A DNA stretch of 64,000 bases from NCBI GenBank assembly GCA_963829055.1, contig CAWHHI010000011.1:544001-608000 (forward strand), read 5' to 3'. The notes under the pieces were generated by a model. That model was not told the DNA's origin, ran no database searches, and saw only the letters and a program-made list of their open reading frames with translations. The translations under genes were made by a program, and so were the position numbers. This document shows positions 11,453 through 20,710 of the stretch, piece by piece (within the stretch, counting starts at the first letter, position 1; each line of letters starts with the position of its first letter). Source of the stretch: an uncultured Gemmatimonadaceae bacterium. GTDB taxonomy: Bacteria; Gemmatimonadota; Gemmatimonadetes; Gemmatimonadales; Gemmatimonadaceae.

Positions 11453-11878
11453 GGGATCAGAAGCTAATTGCTGGCGCATTGCGGTCGCACTCGCCCATTC
11501 CTGAGCAAGGCGTGATCCGTATCGTCGAGTGACATCAACGAATGTCGCTCGCGCGCAGCAGTTCGCAGCCGTGGACGGAGGAGATCGTGAAGCCGCGCCG
11601 ACGCGGGAAGCGCTTGCGGGACGCGGTTCTACGGGATCGACCCCTCGCGCACCCATCGACTCCGGCCTGATCGAGAAGGCGAAGGCACATCGGTTGCCTT
11701 GACCTTGGGCCAGAGTCGCGGCGTGATCAGCTAGCGCCGACGACTCGATCGCGCCGGCGCGCGGTCATTCTCGAGCATTCGTTCAATCCGGCCGTGCGGA
11801 GCGTTCAAATGTTCGGGGGGGGCCGCCGCCAGCGCCAACTTCTCGGCGCAAGCTTCTCAGCGCCGGTATGGCGTCAAC

Positions 11879-12568
11879 TCACGCCTCGAGTTGCCAGCCG
11901 CTCTCGCGATGTTTGATCGGCCGAGCGGGAACGCCCACTGCCGTGCAGTTGGACGGTAGGTCGTTGGCGATCACCCCACCGGCGCCCACGATCGTCCAGT
12001 CGCCAACGCGGACGCCTTCAATGGTCGTCACGCCGCTCCCGATGTCGCAGCCCGCCCCGACCTCGACAGCACCCGAGAGATTCGTCGCCGGCGCAATGGT
12101 CGCAAAATCACCCACTCGGCAATCATAGCTGATGTTGCACACGCGATTCACGGTGACGAACGCGCCGATCTGAATGTTCACGGTCAGCATCGTCCCGGCG
12201 GCAATCGCGGTGCCCGGCCCGATCTCGAGCCAGCGACACAGACGCACGGTCGGATGAACGATGGTGATGAAGCGCTGAGCGTCGCTTCCAACGCGCGCAA
12301 CGATATGTCGCTTCGAGATTGGACTCCCCACACCGAGCGCGATGCGCACGCTCGAGCCCTGGGTGTTCAACCAATCGAGGCCGCCGAGCACGGGGAACCC
12401 GTTGATTTCGCGGCCATGCGTGGACGGATCATCGTCGATGAATCCGAGCACATCCCACCGGGCGCGATGGGCATTGATGTCTTCGATGAGCTGAACGGTC
12501 TCGCGACCGTGGCCACCTGCACCGTACACGACGACCGGCTGGATGCGGTCGCCAAATAGATCACGCAC
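11879..12568 (-). CDS. Sugar N/O-acetyltransferase, NeuD/PglD family (hexapeptide repeats)
   Basis: YGAGGHGRE, GFIDDD, IVHP, hexapeptide repeats, GVPARPI. Confidence 0.9.
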   Translation of the reverse strand: MRDLFGDRIQPVVVYGAGGHGRETVQLIEDINAHRARWDVLGFIDDDPSTHGREINGFPVLGGLDWLNTQGSSVRIALGVGSPISKRHIVARVGSDAQRFITIVHPTVRLCRWLEIGPGTAIAAGTMLTVNIQIGAFVTVNRVCNISYDCRVGDFATIAPATNLSGAVEVGAGCDIGSGVTTIEGVRVGDWTIVGAGGVIANDLPSNCTAVGVPARPIKHRESGWQLEA

Positions 12569-12750
12569 GCTGAGCTTCCTCCGAATTGCGACGTTCGCGT
12601 GATCGACGGATCACGCGTGGAGTCGCAACTTCTCGGAAGCCCGATGCGATTCCAGCCGCGCGACCGTTGCGAATCGCAACGGTCATGCGCGAGAGCGACG
12701 ATGAAATAACGACGAGATGACCGTCGTATTACCGTCGCATCAGGGTGGAG

Positions 12751-13782
12751 TCAGGTCGTGTTCGCGAGTTGCTCGATGCCGTGATAGCTGCGATACCACT
12801 CGACGAATCGTCGCACACCTTCCTCGATGCTGGTCGCGGGTCGGAAGCCGACATCACGCTCGAGATCCTCGACGTCGGCGTAGGTTGCCGCGACATCGCC
12901 GGGCTGCATGTCGAGCATGCGCTTCTTCGCCGTGCGGCCGAGCGCCTCTTCGAGCACCTCGATCATGCGACCGAGTTGCACCGGTGAGTTGTTGCCAATG
13001 TTGTAGAGGCGATACGGCGCGCGACTCGTCGCGGGATCAGGCGCATCGCCGGACCAGCGTGGATCGGACTTCGCGACGTTGTCGGTCACGCGAATCACGC
13101 CTTCGACAATGTCGTCGATGTAGGTGAAGTCGCGTTGCATGCGGCCGTGATTGAAGACGTCGATCTCGCGTCCTTCGAGGATCGCTTTCGTGAACAGGAA
13201 CAGCGCCATGTCCGGGCGACCCCACGGCCCGTACACGGTGAAGAACCTGAGACCGGTCGTCGGAATGCCGTAGAGATGGCTGTAGCAATGCGCCATCAGC
13301 TCGTTCGCCTTCTTGGTCGCGGCGTACAGGCTCACGGGATGATCGACGTTGTCGTGCACGGCGAACGGCATGTGCGTGTTGGCGCCGTACACGGACGATG
13401 ACGACGCGTACACGAGGTGCTCGACGGGATTGTGCCGGCAGCCCTCGAGGATGTTCAGGAAGCCGACGACGTTGCTGTCGACGTACGCGTGCGGGTTCGT
13501 GAGCGAGTAGCGCACGCCGGCCTGTGCGGCGAGGTGCACGACGCGATCGAATCGCTCACGGGCGAACAGCGCGGTCATCTGATCGCGATCGGCGACGTCG
13601 AGCTTCTCGAAGCGGAAGCTCGCGTGTGGCCGTAGCCGAGCGAGGCGGGCTTCCTTGAGCCTGACATCGTAGTAGTCGCTCACGCAGTCGACGCCCACGA
13701 CGGTATCACCGCGCTCGAGGAGACGCGTGGCGGTGTGGTAGCCGATGAAACCGGCCGCGCCGGTAACGAGGATCTTGGCCAT
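12751..13782 (-). CDS. NAD-dependent epimerase, UDP-glucuronate 4-epimerase type
   Basis: [32 protein letters not shown] motifs. Confidence 0.93.
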   Translation of the reverse strand: MAKILVTGAAGFIGYHTATRLLERGDTVVGVDCVSDYYDVRLKEARLARLRPHASFRFEKLDVADRDQMTALFARERFDRVVHLAAQAGVRYSLTNPHAYVDSNVVGFLNILEGCRHNPVEHLVYASSSSVYGANTHMPFAVHDNVDHPVSLYAATKKANELMAHCYSHLYGIPTTGLRFFTVYGPWGRPDMALFLFTKAILEGREIDVFNHGRMQRDFTYIDDIVEGVIRVTDNVAKSDPRWSGDAPDPATSRAPYRLYNIGNNSPVQLGRMIEVLEEALGRTAKKRMLDMQPGDVAATYADVEDLERDVGFRPATSIEEGVRRFVEWYRSYHGIEQLANTT

Positions 13783-13887
13783 TGACGATAGGACGGTCTG
13801 GATGTCGGTGCGTTTCGGAATGCCGCGGGTCCGAAGCAAGATACCATCCTCTCTGGGCGCCCCTGACGTTCGAGATGCGGGACAACG

Positions 13888-14001
13888 GCAGCTGGTGGCT
13901 GGGTGGTCGTGCTGGTGGCTGGGTGACGCTGGGTGCTAGCTGGATGCGGCAGGTCCACCCAGCGTCACCCAGCAACAAGCACACACACCCAGCAACCAGC
14001 T
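13888..14001. repeat. Palindromic element built from GCTGGTTGCTGGGTG / CACCCAGCAACCAGC units
   Basis: Left arm gctggtggctgggtggtcgtgctggtggctgggtgacgctggg pairs with cccagcgtcacccagcaacaagcac..cacccagcaaccagc; related copies at 31716-31755 and 37857-37899. Confidence 0.8.
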
Positions 14002-14026
14002 CCTGTTTTCCTGACTGTCGGCATTC

Positions 14027-14055
14027 TTGCTTTCGGCCTCTGTTCGGTATAGAGT
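14027..14055 (+). promoter_or_regulatory. Putative sigma70 promoter of imuA with overlapping candidate LexA box
   Basis: TTGCTT-N17-TAGAGT; TTTC-N7-GTTC at 14031-14045. Confidence 0.5.
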
Positions 14056-14135
14056 CTGCCTCAGCTGCTCGGCGTCTGGAGCAGGCAGTGTCCGTCGTCG
14101 TTCCGGTCCTCGATGGTCGTCGCCGTCCTCGCCTA

Positions 14136-14831
14136 ATGCCCGCCGTTTCCATTGCCGCTCTTCGTGAGCTCATCGAGCAGCGCTTTCCCGACGCGACGCC
14201 GGCTAATTGGCGGGCGGCGGAGCCGGTGGCAACCGGGGTGGGGCCGCTCGACCGGATTCTTCCGGGAGGTGGGCTTCCGCGTGGGCAGTTGACAGTGTGG
14301 ACGCCCCAGGGCGGGGCCTGTTCCATGTTGCGCGCCGCCTGTCGCTCCACGGTCGCCAACAGCGAGCGCGCCGTCTGGATCGATACGGCGGGGACGGTCG
14401 TCGGTGCGTTCTGGGAAGTCGGGCCGTTTCTCGTGCAACCCAAGAGTCGGAAGGACGCCCTGAAAGGGGCCGAGGAGCTTCTCCGGTGCGGTGGGTTCGC
14501 GCTGGTGGTACTGGACGGTACGGAGCCGGAGGGGACGGAGATGGTTCGTCTCACGCGCGCGGTGCGGGAGGGGGGTGGCGCGTTCGTAGCCATCACGCCT
14601 CATCCGTCACTGGCGAAGCTCCGCATGGAGTCGAAGATCATTCCCCACAGCTATCGGTGGACTCATGGGCCGTTCGATGATCCGGTCGAAGTGCAGCATG
14701 CGACCATCAAGGTCCGGGCGCGGGCCGCGGGATGGAATGCTTCTGCCGAGATCACGGTCCCGATAATTCCTCACGATGTTCGTCTGTCTCTGGAGCCCGG
14801 CCTGGCGGACCGTCGCGGACTCCCTCGCTGA
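14136..14831 (+). CDS. imuA: ImuA-like RecA-fold protein
   Basis: VATGVGPLDRILPGGGLPRGQLT, AVWID, AEELLRCGGFALVVLD; degenerate Walker A; upstream of imuB and dnaE2. Confidence 0.8.
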   Translation: MPAVSIAALRELIEQRFPDATPANWRAAEPVATGVGPLDRILPGGGLPRGQLTVWTPQGGACSMLRAACRSTVANSERAVWIDTAGTVVGAFWEVGPFLVQPKSRKDALKGAEELLRCGGFALVVLDGTEPEGTEMVRLTRAVREGGGAFVAITPHPSLAKLRMESKIIPHSYRWTHGPFDDPVEVQHATIKVRARAAGWNASAEITVPIIPHDVRLSLEPGLADRRGLPR

Positions 14832-16323
14832 CCTCTCCCCCGCTCTTCTCACGGTCGCGCCACGCGTGGTCACAGAGGAGCGGCGAGGGGGGTTGGTGTG
14901 GGTGGACGCCCGCGGCCTGGACGCCGAGCACATTGCGCGCTCGGCGTTGGAAGTGTTGAGGGGGTTGGGATTGTCGAACGTGCGGGTGGGAGTAGGGCGA
15001 GTGCGCAGTCGTGGCGGAGATTTGGGCGGTGGCGGGAGCTGGGAACTGCGGACTGGGACCGAGGCTGCATGCTGCGGCTGCGCGCTGCCCGCTGCTGCCA
15101 ATACCGCCCCGTCACCCACGCAGCACACCCGCAGGCGACCAGCGACCAGCACGAGCGCCCAGCGACCAGTCAGTCCCCGTCCCCAATCCCCAGTCCCCAG
15201 TCCCGGTGAAGATTCGTTAGGCTCTCTCCCCGTCTCCGTTCTCGAGCCCGATCCCGCACTCGCTGCCCTGCTCGATGGCATTGGCGTCGAGACCTGCGGC
15301 GAGCTCGCGGCGCTCGCGGGGGAGTCCGTCGAGGTCCGGCTCGGCGCCGATGGCGTGCGATTGTGGAAGCTCGCGCGTGGCGATGACGACCGACTGATCT
15401 TCTCGCCCATCCCGCGCGCGCTGCCGCACGCATCGCTCGAGTGGAGCGACTACGTGCTCACCGACACTGAGCGGCTCCTCTTCTCGGTGAACGCGCTGCT
15501 CGGTACGGTGTGCGAGAAGCTGATTGATCGCGGATCGCTCGCGCGGGAGATGACGCTCGAGCTCCGGCTCGCGAGTGGCAACACGCTCACGCAGGGCATC
15601 CGCGCGGGCCGAGCGACGGCGAGTCGCAAGACGTGGCTGCGTCTCGCGCGGGCGACGCTCGAACGGATGGTGCTTCCCGCAGGCGTCGTCGGCCTAACGC
15701 TGTACGCGGCGGCGGTCGTAACGGACGAGGGAAACCAGGGCGATCTCTTCGACCGCGGCTTCGCGACCGCCGCCGCGACGGAGGCGGCACTCGCGTCGCT
15801 GGCGGAAGAACAGGGCGACGTGGTCGTGGTGCCGGAGAATACGGAGCATCCGCTGGTGGAGCGGAGAACGAAATGGGTCGGAAAGCGGGAACCGGGAACG
15901 GGCCGGCGGAAAGCGGAAGGCGGACGGAGGAAGGCGGTGAAGCCTAACAAGCCGACTGCAGCAACCGGCGAGCAGCCTGCAGCCCCAGTTCCCAGTTCCC
16001 AGTTTCCTGTTCCCCGTCTATCAGTCGATTCCCAGATCCCGGCTCCTGATTCCCGACTCACTCTTTACCTGCTTCCGACACCGCGTGCCATCGAGGCGCG
16101 CACGGAATCGCGACGCGATCACATCGTGCCGACTGCCTATCGCGACGGCGGGGCGTGGTATGGAATTCTCTCGGTTGCGGGACCCGATCGCGTGTCCGGC
16201 GAGCGGTGGGGCGAAGGCTACGCGCGCGAATACTTTCGCTGCATTGTCGACGACGGAGGCATGGTGTGGCTCTACCGTGATGCACGAGCGGACGGGTGGT
16301 ACATCCATGGCTGGTGGGATTGA
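14776..16323 (+). CDS. imuB: ImuB, inactive Y-family polymerase homologue with repeat-derived inserts
   Basis: LDGIGVETCGELA, clamp-binding-like QGDLF, C-terminal GPDRVSGERW..REYFR..WLYR..WYIHGWWD. Confidence 0.85.
   Translation: MFVCLWSPAWRTVADSLADLSPALLTVAPRVVTEERRGGLVWVDARGLDAEHIARSALEVLRGLGLSNVRVGVGRVRSRGGDLGGGGSWELRTGTEAACCGCALPAAANTAPSPTQHTRRRPATSTSAQRPVSPRPQSPVPSPGEDSLGSLPVSVLEPDPALAALLDGIGVETCGELAALAGESVEVRLGADGVRLWKLARGDDDRLIFSPIPRALPHASLEWSDYVLTDTERLLFSVNALLGTVCEKLIDRGSLAREMTLELRLASGNTLTQGIRAGRATASRKTWLRLARATLERMVLPAGVVGLTLYAAAVVTDEGNQGDLFDRGFATAAATEAALASLAEEQGDVVVVPENTEHPLVERRTKWVGKREPGTGRRKAEGGRRKAVKPNKPTAATGEQPAAPVPSSQFPVPRLSVDSQIPAPDSRLTLYLLPTPRAIEARTESRRDHIVPTAYRDGGAWYGILSVAGPDRVSGERWGEGYAREYFRCIVDDGGMVWLYRDARADGWYIHGWWD
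15033..15204. repeat. Repeat element inside imuB, homologous to intergenic 37750-37927
   Basis: ggctgcatgctgcggctgcgcgctgcccgctgctgc..acccacgc..cgcag..accagcacga..cccagc..ccccagtccccagtcc is colinear with 37781-37927. Confidence 0.8.
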
Positions 16324-16376
16324 ACTGCGCTGCACGCTGGGCACACCTGCCGACGGCTGCATGCAGCTACCAGCTC

Positions 16377-16402
16377 TAGCCGATAGCTGATAGCTGATAG
16401 CT
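16377..16402. repeat. 7-bp tandem repeat (TAGCTGA), about 3.7 units
   Basis: tagccga tagctga tagctga tagct. Confidence 0.8.
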
Positions 16403-16409
16403 TTTTTCC

Positions 16410-17306
16410 ATGACTATTCATACGATCCTCCTTCCCTACGACTCTGGCCACCGCGACGCCCGCATGGGGCGTGGGCCACTGCACTTACGCGAACGTGGCG
16501 CGCTCGATCGACTGCGCGCGGCGGGGCACGATGTCATCGAATCGCTCGTCGAAGCGCCTGACGCGTTCCCGACCGAGATCGGGACCTCGTTCGCGCTCTA
16601 CCGGGTGCTGGCTGAGGACGTCCGCGCGACCGTGACCGGCGGAGCCTTTCCGCTCACTCTCGCCGGGAACTGCGGCAGCGCACTCGGCACCGTGAGCGGG
16701 GTGCGGGCCGCCACGCCTAACGACCGTTCGGATGTCGGCGTCATCTGGCTCGATGCCCACGCCGACTTCAACACGCCCGAGACAACCGCGACCGGCTTTC
16801 TCGATGGCACAGCACTCGCCGCACTCGCGGGCCACTGCTGGCACACGCTCACGGCGTCCATTCCCGGCTTTCGCCCGGTGTCCGACGCCCACGTCGTGCT
16901 CGTCGGCGCACGCGACCTCGACGCCGGCGAGGAAACCGCTCTCGCGCGATCACAGATCGCGCGCGTCGAGGCGGCACGGATGCAGTCAGACGGCGCCCAG
17001 GCTGCGCTCGACGATGCGCTGACCACGCTCGCCCGCCGCCACATCTCGCGCGTCTACCTGCACATCGATCTCGACGTCCACGAACCAACCGACGCTCAGG
17101 CGAATCAGTACGCGGTCCCGGGTGGTCTTTCCCCGAGCACGGTGCGCGACCTCGTCAGCGTCGTCGCCGATCGCTTCGAGATCTCCGCGGCCGCACTCAC
17201 GGCGTACGATCCGGCGTACGACGCGGACGGACGAATGCTGAACGTCGCAATGGAGTTGATGGGACGCGTCGCGAGCGTGTCATCCCGGGTGAAGCGAGAG
17301 ATCTAG
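16410..17306 (+). CDS. Arginase/ureohydrolase family protein
   Basis: GNCG, WLDAHADFN, GARDLD, YLHIDLDVH motifs. Confidence 0.9.
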   Translation: MTIHTILLPYDSGHRDARMGRGPLHLRERGALDRLRAAGHDVIESLVEAPDAFPTEIGTSFALYRVLAEDVRATVTGGAFPLTLAGNCGSALGTVSGVRAATPNDRSDVGVIWLDAHADFNTPETTATGFLDGTALAALAGHCWHTLTASIPGFRPVSDAHVVLVGARDLDAGEETALARSQIARVEAARMQSDGAQAALDDALTTLARRHISRVYLHIDLDVHEPTDAQANQYAVPGGLSPSTVRDLVSVVADRFEISAAALTAYDPAYDADGRMLNVAMELMGRVASVSSRVKREI

Positions 17307-17311
17307 ATCCA

Positions 17312-17450
17312 TGTCATTCCGAGCGGAGGCCGCAGGCCGGAGTCGAGGAATCCTTGGCTTGCAGGGTAGAGGGCCCTTTATAAGGACAGTCTCGATTCCT
17401 CATGCGCCCGCCGTTCGCGGGCACCCGGCTGGCGCTCGCTCGGAATGACA
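17312..17450. repeat. Palindromic REP/MITE-like element, subfamily A (TGTCATTCCGAGCG..CGCTCGGAATGACA)
   Basis: 14-bp perfect terminal inverted repeat plus inner GAGGAATC/GATTCCTC. Confidence 0.9.
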
Positions 17451-17457
17451 CGGTTCC

Positions 17458-20400
17458 GTGTTCGCTGAGCTTCGAGCGCATACCGGCTTCTCGTTCGGCG
17501 ACGGCACCATCACGCCCGAACGGCTCGTCGACCGCGCCATCGCGTTAGGCTTCACCGCCATCGGCGTCACCGACACCGCCGACCTCGGCGGCATCCCCCG
17601 CTTCGTGAACGCCGCGCGTCTGAGCGGCAAGCTGCGACCCATCGTCGGCGTCGAGCTCCGCGTGGATGGCCGACCCGCCGCGTTCCTCGCCCGCACCGCC
17701 GAAGGCTACCGCAACCTCGCCGCGCTCGTCACCCGCGCGCGCATGGGCGCGTGGGCGAGCTGGACCAAGACCAACGGCCAGGACCGCCGCGGCAGGCCTA
17801 ACGTGACGTGGCGCGAAGTCGCCGAGCTCAGCGTCGGGCTGCACGCGCTCACCGGACCCGCGACCGGCCCCATCGCCGCCACCGTCCGCGCCGGTGATCG
17901 CGCGAACGCGCGCCGCATGCTCGACGAATGGCGCGAGGTATTCGGTGAGCGACTCGCCGTCGAAGTGCAACTGCACTACACCGGCGGCGCCGAGGGCGCA
18001 CTCGCTGGCGCGCTCGTCGACCTCGCCGAGCGACGCAAGATTCCCTGGGTCGTCGCGCATGACCCGCGCTACATCGACAACGACGGCCGACTCGTGCACG
18101 ATGCGCTCACGGCGCTGCGCTACAACGTCGACGTCGATACCGCGACCAAGGGCGGCTTCCTCCATCCGAACGGCGAGTGGCGCCTCCTCTCTCCGGAGGA
18201 GATGGGGCGCCGGTGGCAGGGCCGCGAGCAGGGCATCGAGGAGAGCGCGCGCATCGCCGCCGAATGCGGCGACTTCGAGCTCGGGTGGATGCGTCCGCCG
18301 ATGCCGAAGTTCCCCGTGCCGGGTCGCCACACCGACGAGAGCTTCCTCGAGGAGCGAGTCTACATCGGCGCGAAGGAGCGATGGGGAGACACGCTGAGCG
18401 ACGCGCAGGTTGCGCAGATCCAGAAAGAGCTCGGCGTCATCGGCCGCCTCGGATTTGCCGGCTTCTTTCTCGTCATGTGGGATGCGGTGCACTACGCCCA
18501 GGAGAAGGGCATCCTCTGTCAGGGTCGGGGCAGCGCCGCCAATTCGGTGATCGCGTACCTGCTTGGCATCACGGCCGTGGATCCGGTGCGACATGGCTTG
18601 CTGTTCGAACGCTTTCTCTCCGAAACGCGCGCCGACGGCAAGACCGCCGAGCCGCCGGACATCGACGTCGACTTCGAGCACGACCGGCGTGAGGAAGTCC
18701 TCGACTACGTCTACGAGAAATACGAGCGGTCGAAGGCGGCGATTACGTGCACCGTCCAGAATTATCGGGCGCCTAACGCCATACTGGACGCGATGCGCGC
18801 GTTCGGTTATCCCGCGGAGTTGGCCGTGCAGTTCTCCAAGCGGCTGCACTATTCGGAGCCCGCGGACGCCGTCACGGCGATGCGCGACGGGCTGGCGAAG
18901 CGGTTCGAGCTCGACATCGAGGGGCCACGCGGCCGCGCCCTGCTCGCCGCCATCGGGGCATTCGATGGGCTGCCGCGGCTTCGCTCCACACATGTCGGTG
19001 GATTCGTGCTGTCATCGGCGTCGTTAGGCGACTACATGCCCATCGAGCAGACGACCATGGGACGCACGATCATCCAGTTCGACAAGGACGACCTGGACAT
19101 GATCGGCGTGCCGAAGTTCGACTTCCTCGGACTCGGCGCCCTGTCACTCGTGCGCTACGCGTTCGATGAGATCGAGCGGCGCACGGGCAACCGGCCAGCC
19201 ATGTATCGATTGCCGCCGGACGACGCGAAGACGTACGACCTCATCTCCCGCGGCGAGACGATCGGTACGTTCCAGATCGAGAGCCGCGCGCAGATCGCGT
19301 CCATCCTGCACACGAAGCCCGAACGGCTCTACGACATCGTCGTGCAGGTCGCGCTCATCCGTCCCGGCCCTATCCAGGCGAAGTTCGTCCGCCCCTACAC
19401 GCGCAGGCGGCGCGGACAGGAGGAGGTGTTCTACCAGCATCCCAATCTGCGGCCGATTCTCGAGCGCACGCAGGGCATCCCGATCTTCCAGGAGCAGGCG
19501 ATGGCGGTGTCGATGGCGTTAGGCGGCTTCAGTGCCGCCGAGGCTGACGAGCTGCGTCGCACGATGGGCCACATGCGGAAGAAAGGGAGACTCGTGTCGG
19601 TGCTCGAGAAGCTCGAGGCGCGCATGATCGCGAACGAGGTCGCCCCGGACATCGCGCATCAGATCTGCGAAGACCTGCAGAGCTTCGCCAACTATGGATT
19701 CCCCGAGTCGCACGCGTGGAGCTTTGCGCTGATAGCGTACGCGACGGCGTGGCTCAAGACGCACCACCCGACGGAGTTCTACTTCGGCATCCTCAACGCG
19801 TGGCCCATGGGCTTCTACTCGCCGGCGACGTTGATCCATGATGCCGGTCGTCATCGGGTAGAAGTGCGGCCGCCCTGCATGCGTGACGGTCAGCGCATGT
19901 GTACGACCGAGGAGACCGACGATCCGGCGCGCCCTGCCCTGCGTGTGGGCTGGCGTTATGTGCATGGCATCGGGGAGAAAGCGCTCGATGCGCTCGAGGC
20001 GGCCTGGAAGCTCGGGCGGTTCACGTCCATCGAGGACGTCGTGCGCCGAGCGAGCCTCGGCCGATCCGATGCGCTGTATCTCGCACGCGCGGCGGCGTTC
20101 AACGCCTGGGAACCCGACCGTCGCAAGGCTGGCTGGGAGGCGCTCCGCTGTGTGAGCGACACGCTCCCGCTCGCGCCGGCGCGTCCCGCGCATCATTCGC
20201 CGCGCGTGCTCGACCAGACCGAGACGATTTTCCTCGACTACGCGACGACGGGCACGAGCATCCACGGGCATCCGATGCAGCATCTGCGCGAATTTCTCAC
20301 GTCGCGCGGCGCGAAGAGCAGCGCCGACCTGCCATCGCTTCGTGGAGGCGAGACGATCGCCATCGCCGGACTGGTGACGGTGCGTCAGCGTCCGCAGACG

Positions 20401-20625
20401 GCGAAGGGGACGTTGTTCCTGCTGCTGGAGGACGAGTTCGGCTTCATCAACGTGATCGTGCCGAACACGCTCGTGGAGGATAACGCCGAGGTCGTGAAGT
20501 TCGCGCCGTTCATTGCCGTGCAGGGCCAGTTCCAGCGCGACGGGCAGGTGATGAACGTGGTGGGACGCCGCTTCCGCGCGCTGCGTACGCACGAGATCGC
20601 GACGAAGTCACGCGACTTTCGCTGA
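17458..20625 (+). CDS. dnaE2: Error-prone DNA polymerase DnaE2 (ImuC)
   Basis: PHP domain, QGRGSAANS, PPDIDVDFE, FQIESRAQ, YGFPESHA, RQRPQTAKG and C-terminal SRDFR signature. Confidence 0.97.
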   Translation: MFAELRAHTGFSFGDGTITPERLVDRAIALGFTAIGVTDTADLGGIPRFVNAARLSGKLRPIVGVELRVDGRPAAFLARTAEGYRNLAALVTRARMGAWASWTKTNGQDRRGRPNVTWREVAELSVGLHALTGPATGPIAATVRAGDRANARRMLDEWREVFGERLAVEVQLHYTGGAEGALAGALVDLAERRKIPWVVAHDPRYIDNDGRLVHDALTALRYNVDVDTATKGGFLHPNGEWRLLSPEEMGRRWQGREQGIEESARIAAECGDFELGWMRPPMPKFPVPGRHTDESFLEERVYIGAKERWGDTLSDAQVAQIQKELGVIGRLGFAGFFLVMWDAVHYAQEKGILCQGRGSAANSVIAYLLGITAVDPVRHGLLFERFLSETRADGKTAEPPDIDVDFEHDRREEVLDYVYEKYERSKAAITCTVQNYRAPNAILDAMRAFGYPAELAVQFSKRLHYSEPADAVTAMRDGLAKRFELDIEGPRGRALLAAIGAFDGLPRLRSTHVGGFVLSSASLGDYMPIEQTTMGRTIIQFDKDDLDMIGVPKFDFLGLGALSLVRYAFDEIERRTGNRPAMYRLPPDDAKTYDLISRGETIGTFQIESRAQIASILHTKPERLYDIVVQVALIRPGPIQAKFVRPYTRRRRGQEEVFYQHPNLRPILERTQGIPIFQEQAMAVSMALGGFSAAEADELRRTMGHMRKKGRLVSVLEKLEARMIANEVAPDIAHQICEDLQSFANYGFPESHAWSFALIAYATAWLKTHHPTEFYFGILNAWPMGFYSPATLIHDAGRHRVEVRPPCMRDGQRMCTTEETDDPARPALRVGWRYVHGIGEKALDALEAAWKLGRFTSIEDVVRRASLGRSDALYLARAAAFNAWEPDRRKAGWEALRCVSDTLPLAPARPAHHSPRVLDQTETIFLDYATTGTSIHGHPMQHLREFLTSRGAKSSADLPSLRGGETIAIAGLVTVRQRPQTAKGTLFLLLEDEFGFINVIVPNTLVEDNAEVVKFAPFIAVQGQFQRDGQVMNVVGRRFRALRTHEIATKSRDFR

Positions 20626-20655
20626 AGCACTGGTGGCATCTCGATGCGACAGGGT

Positions 20656-20703
20656 TGTCATCCCGAGCGCCCCGTTGTCATCCCGAGCGCAGCGAGGGAT
20701 CTT
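20656..20703. repeat. Two tandem left arms of palindromic element, subfamily B (TGTCATCCCGAGCG)
   Basis: Arms at 20656 and 20676, the second followed by cagcgagggatctt; no local right arm. Confidence 0.85.
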
Positions 20704-20710
20704 CATCGTC

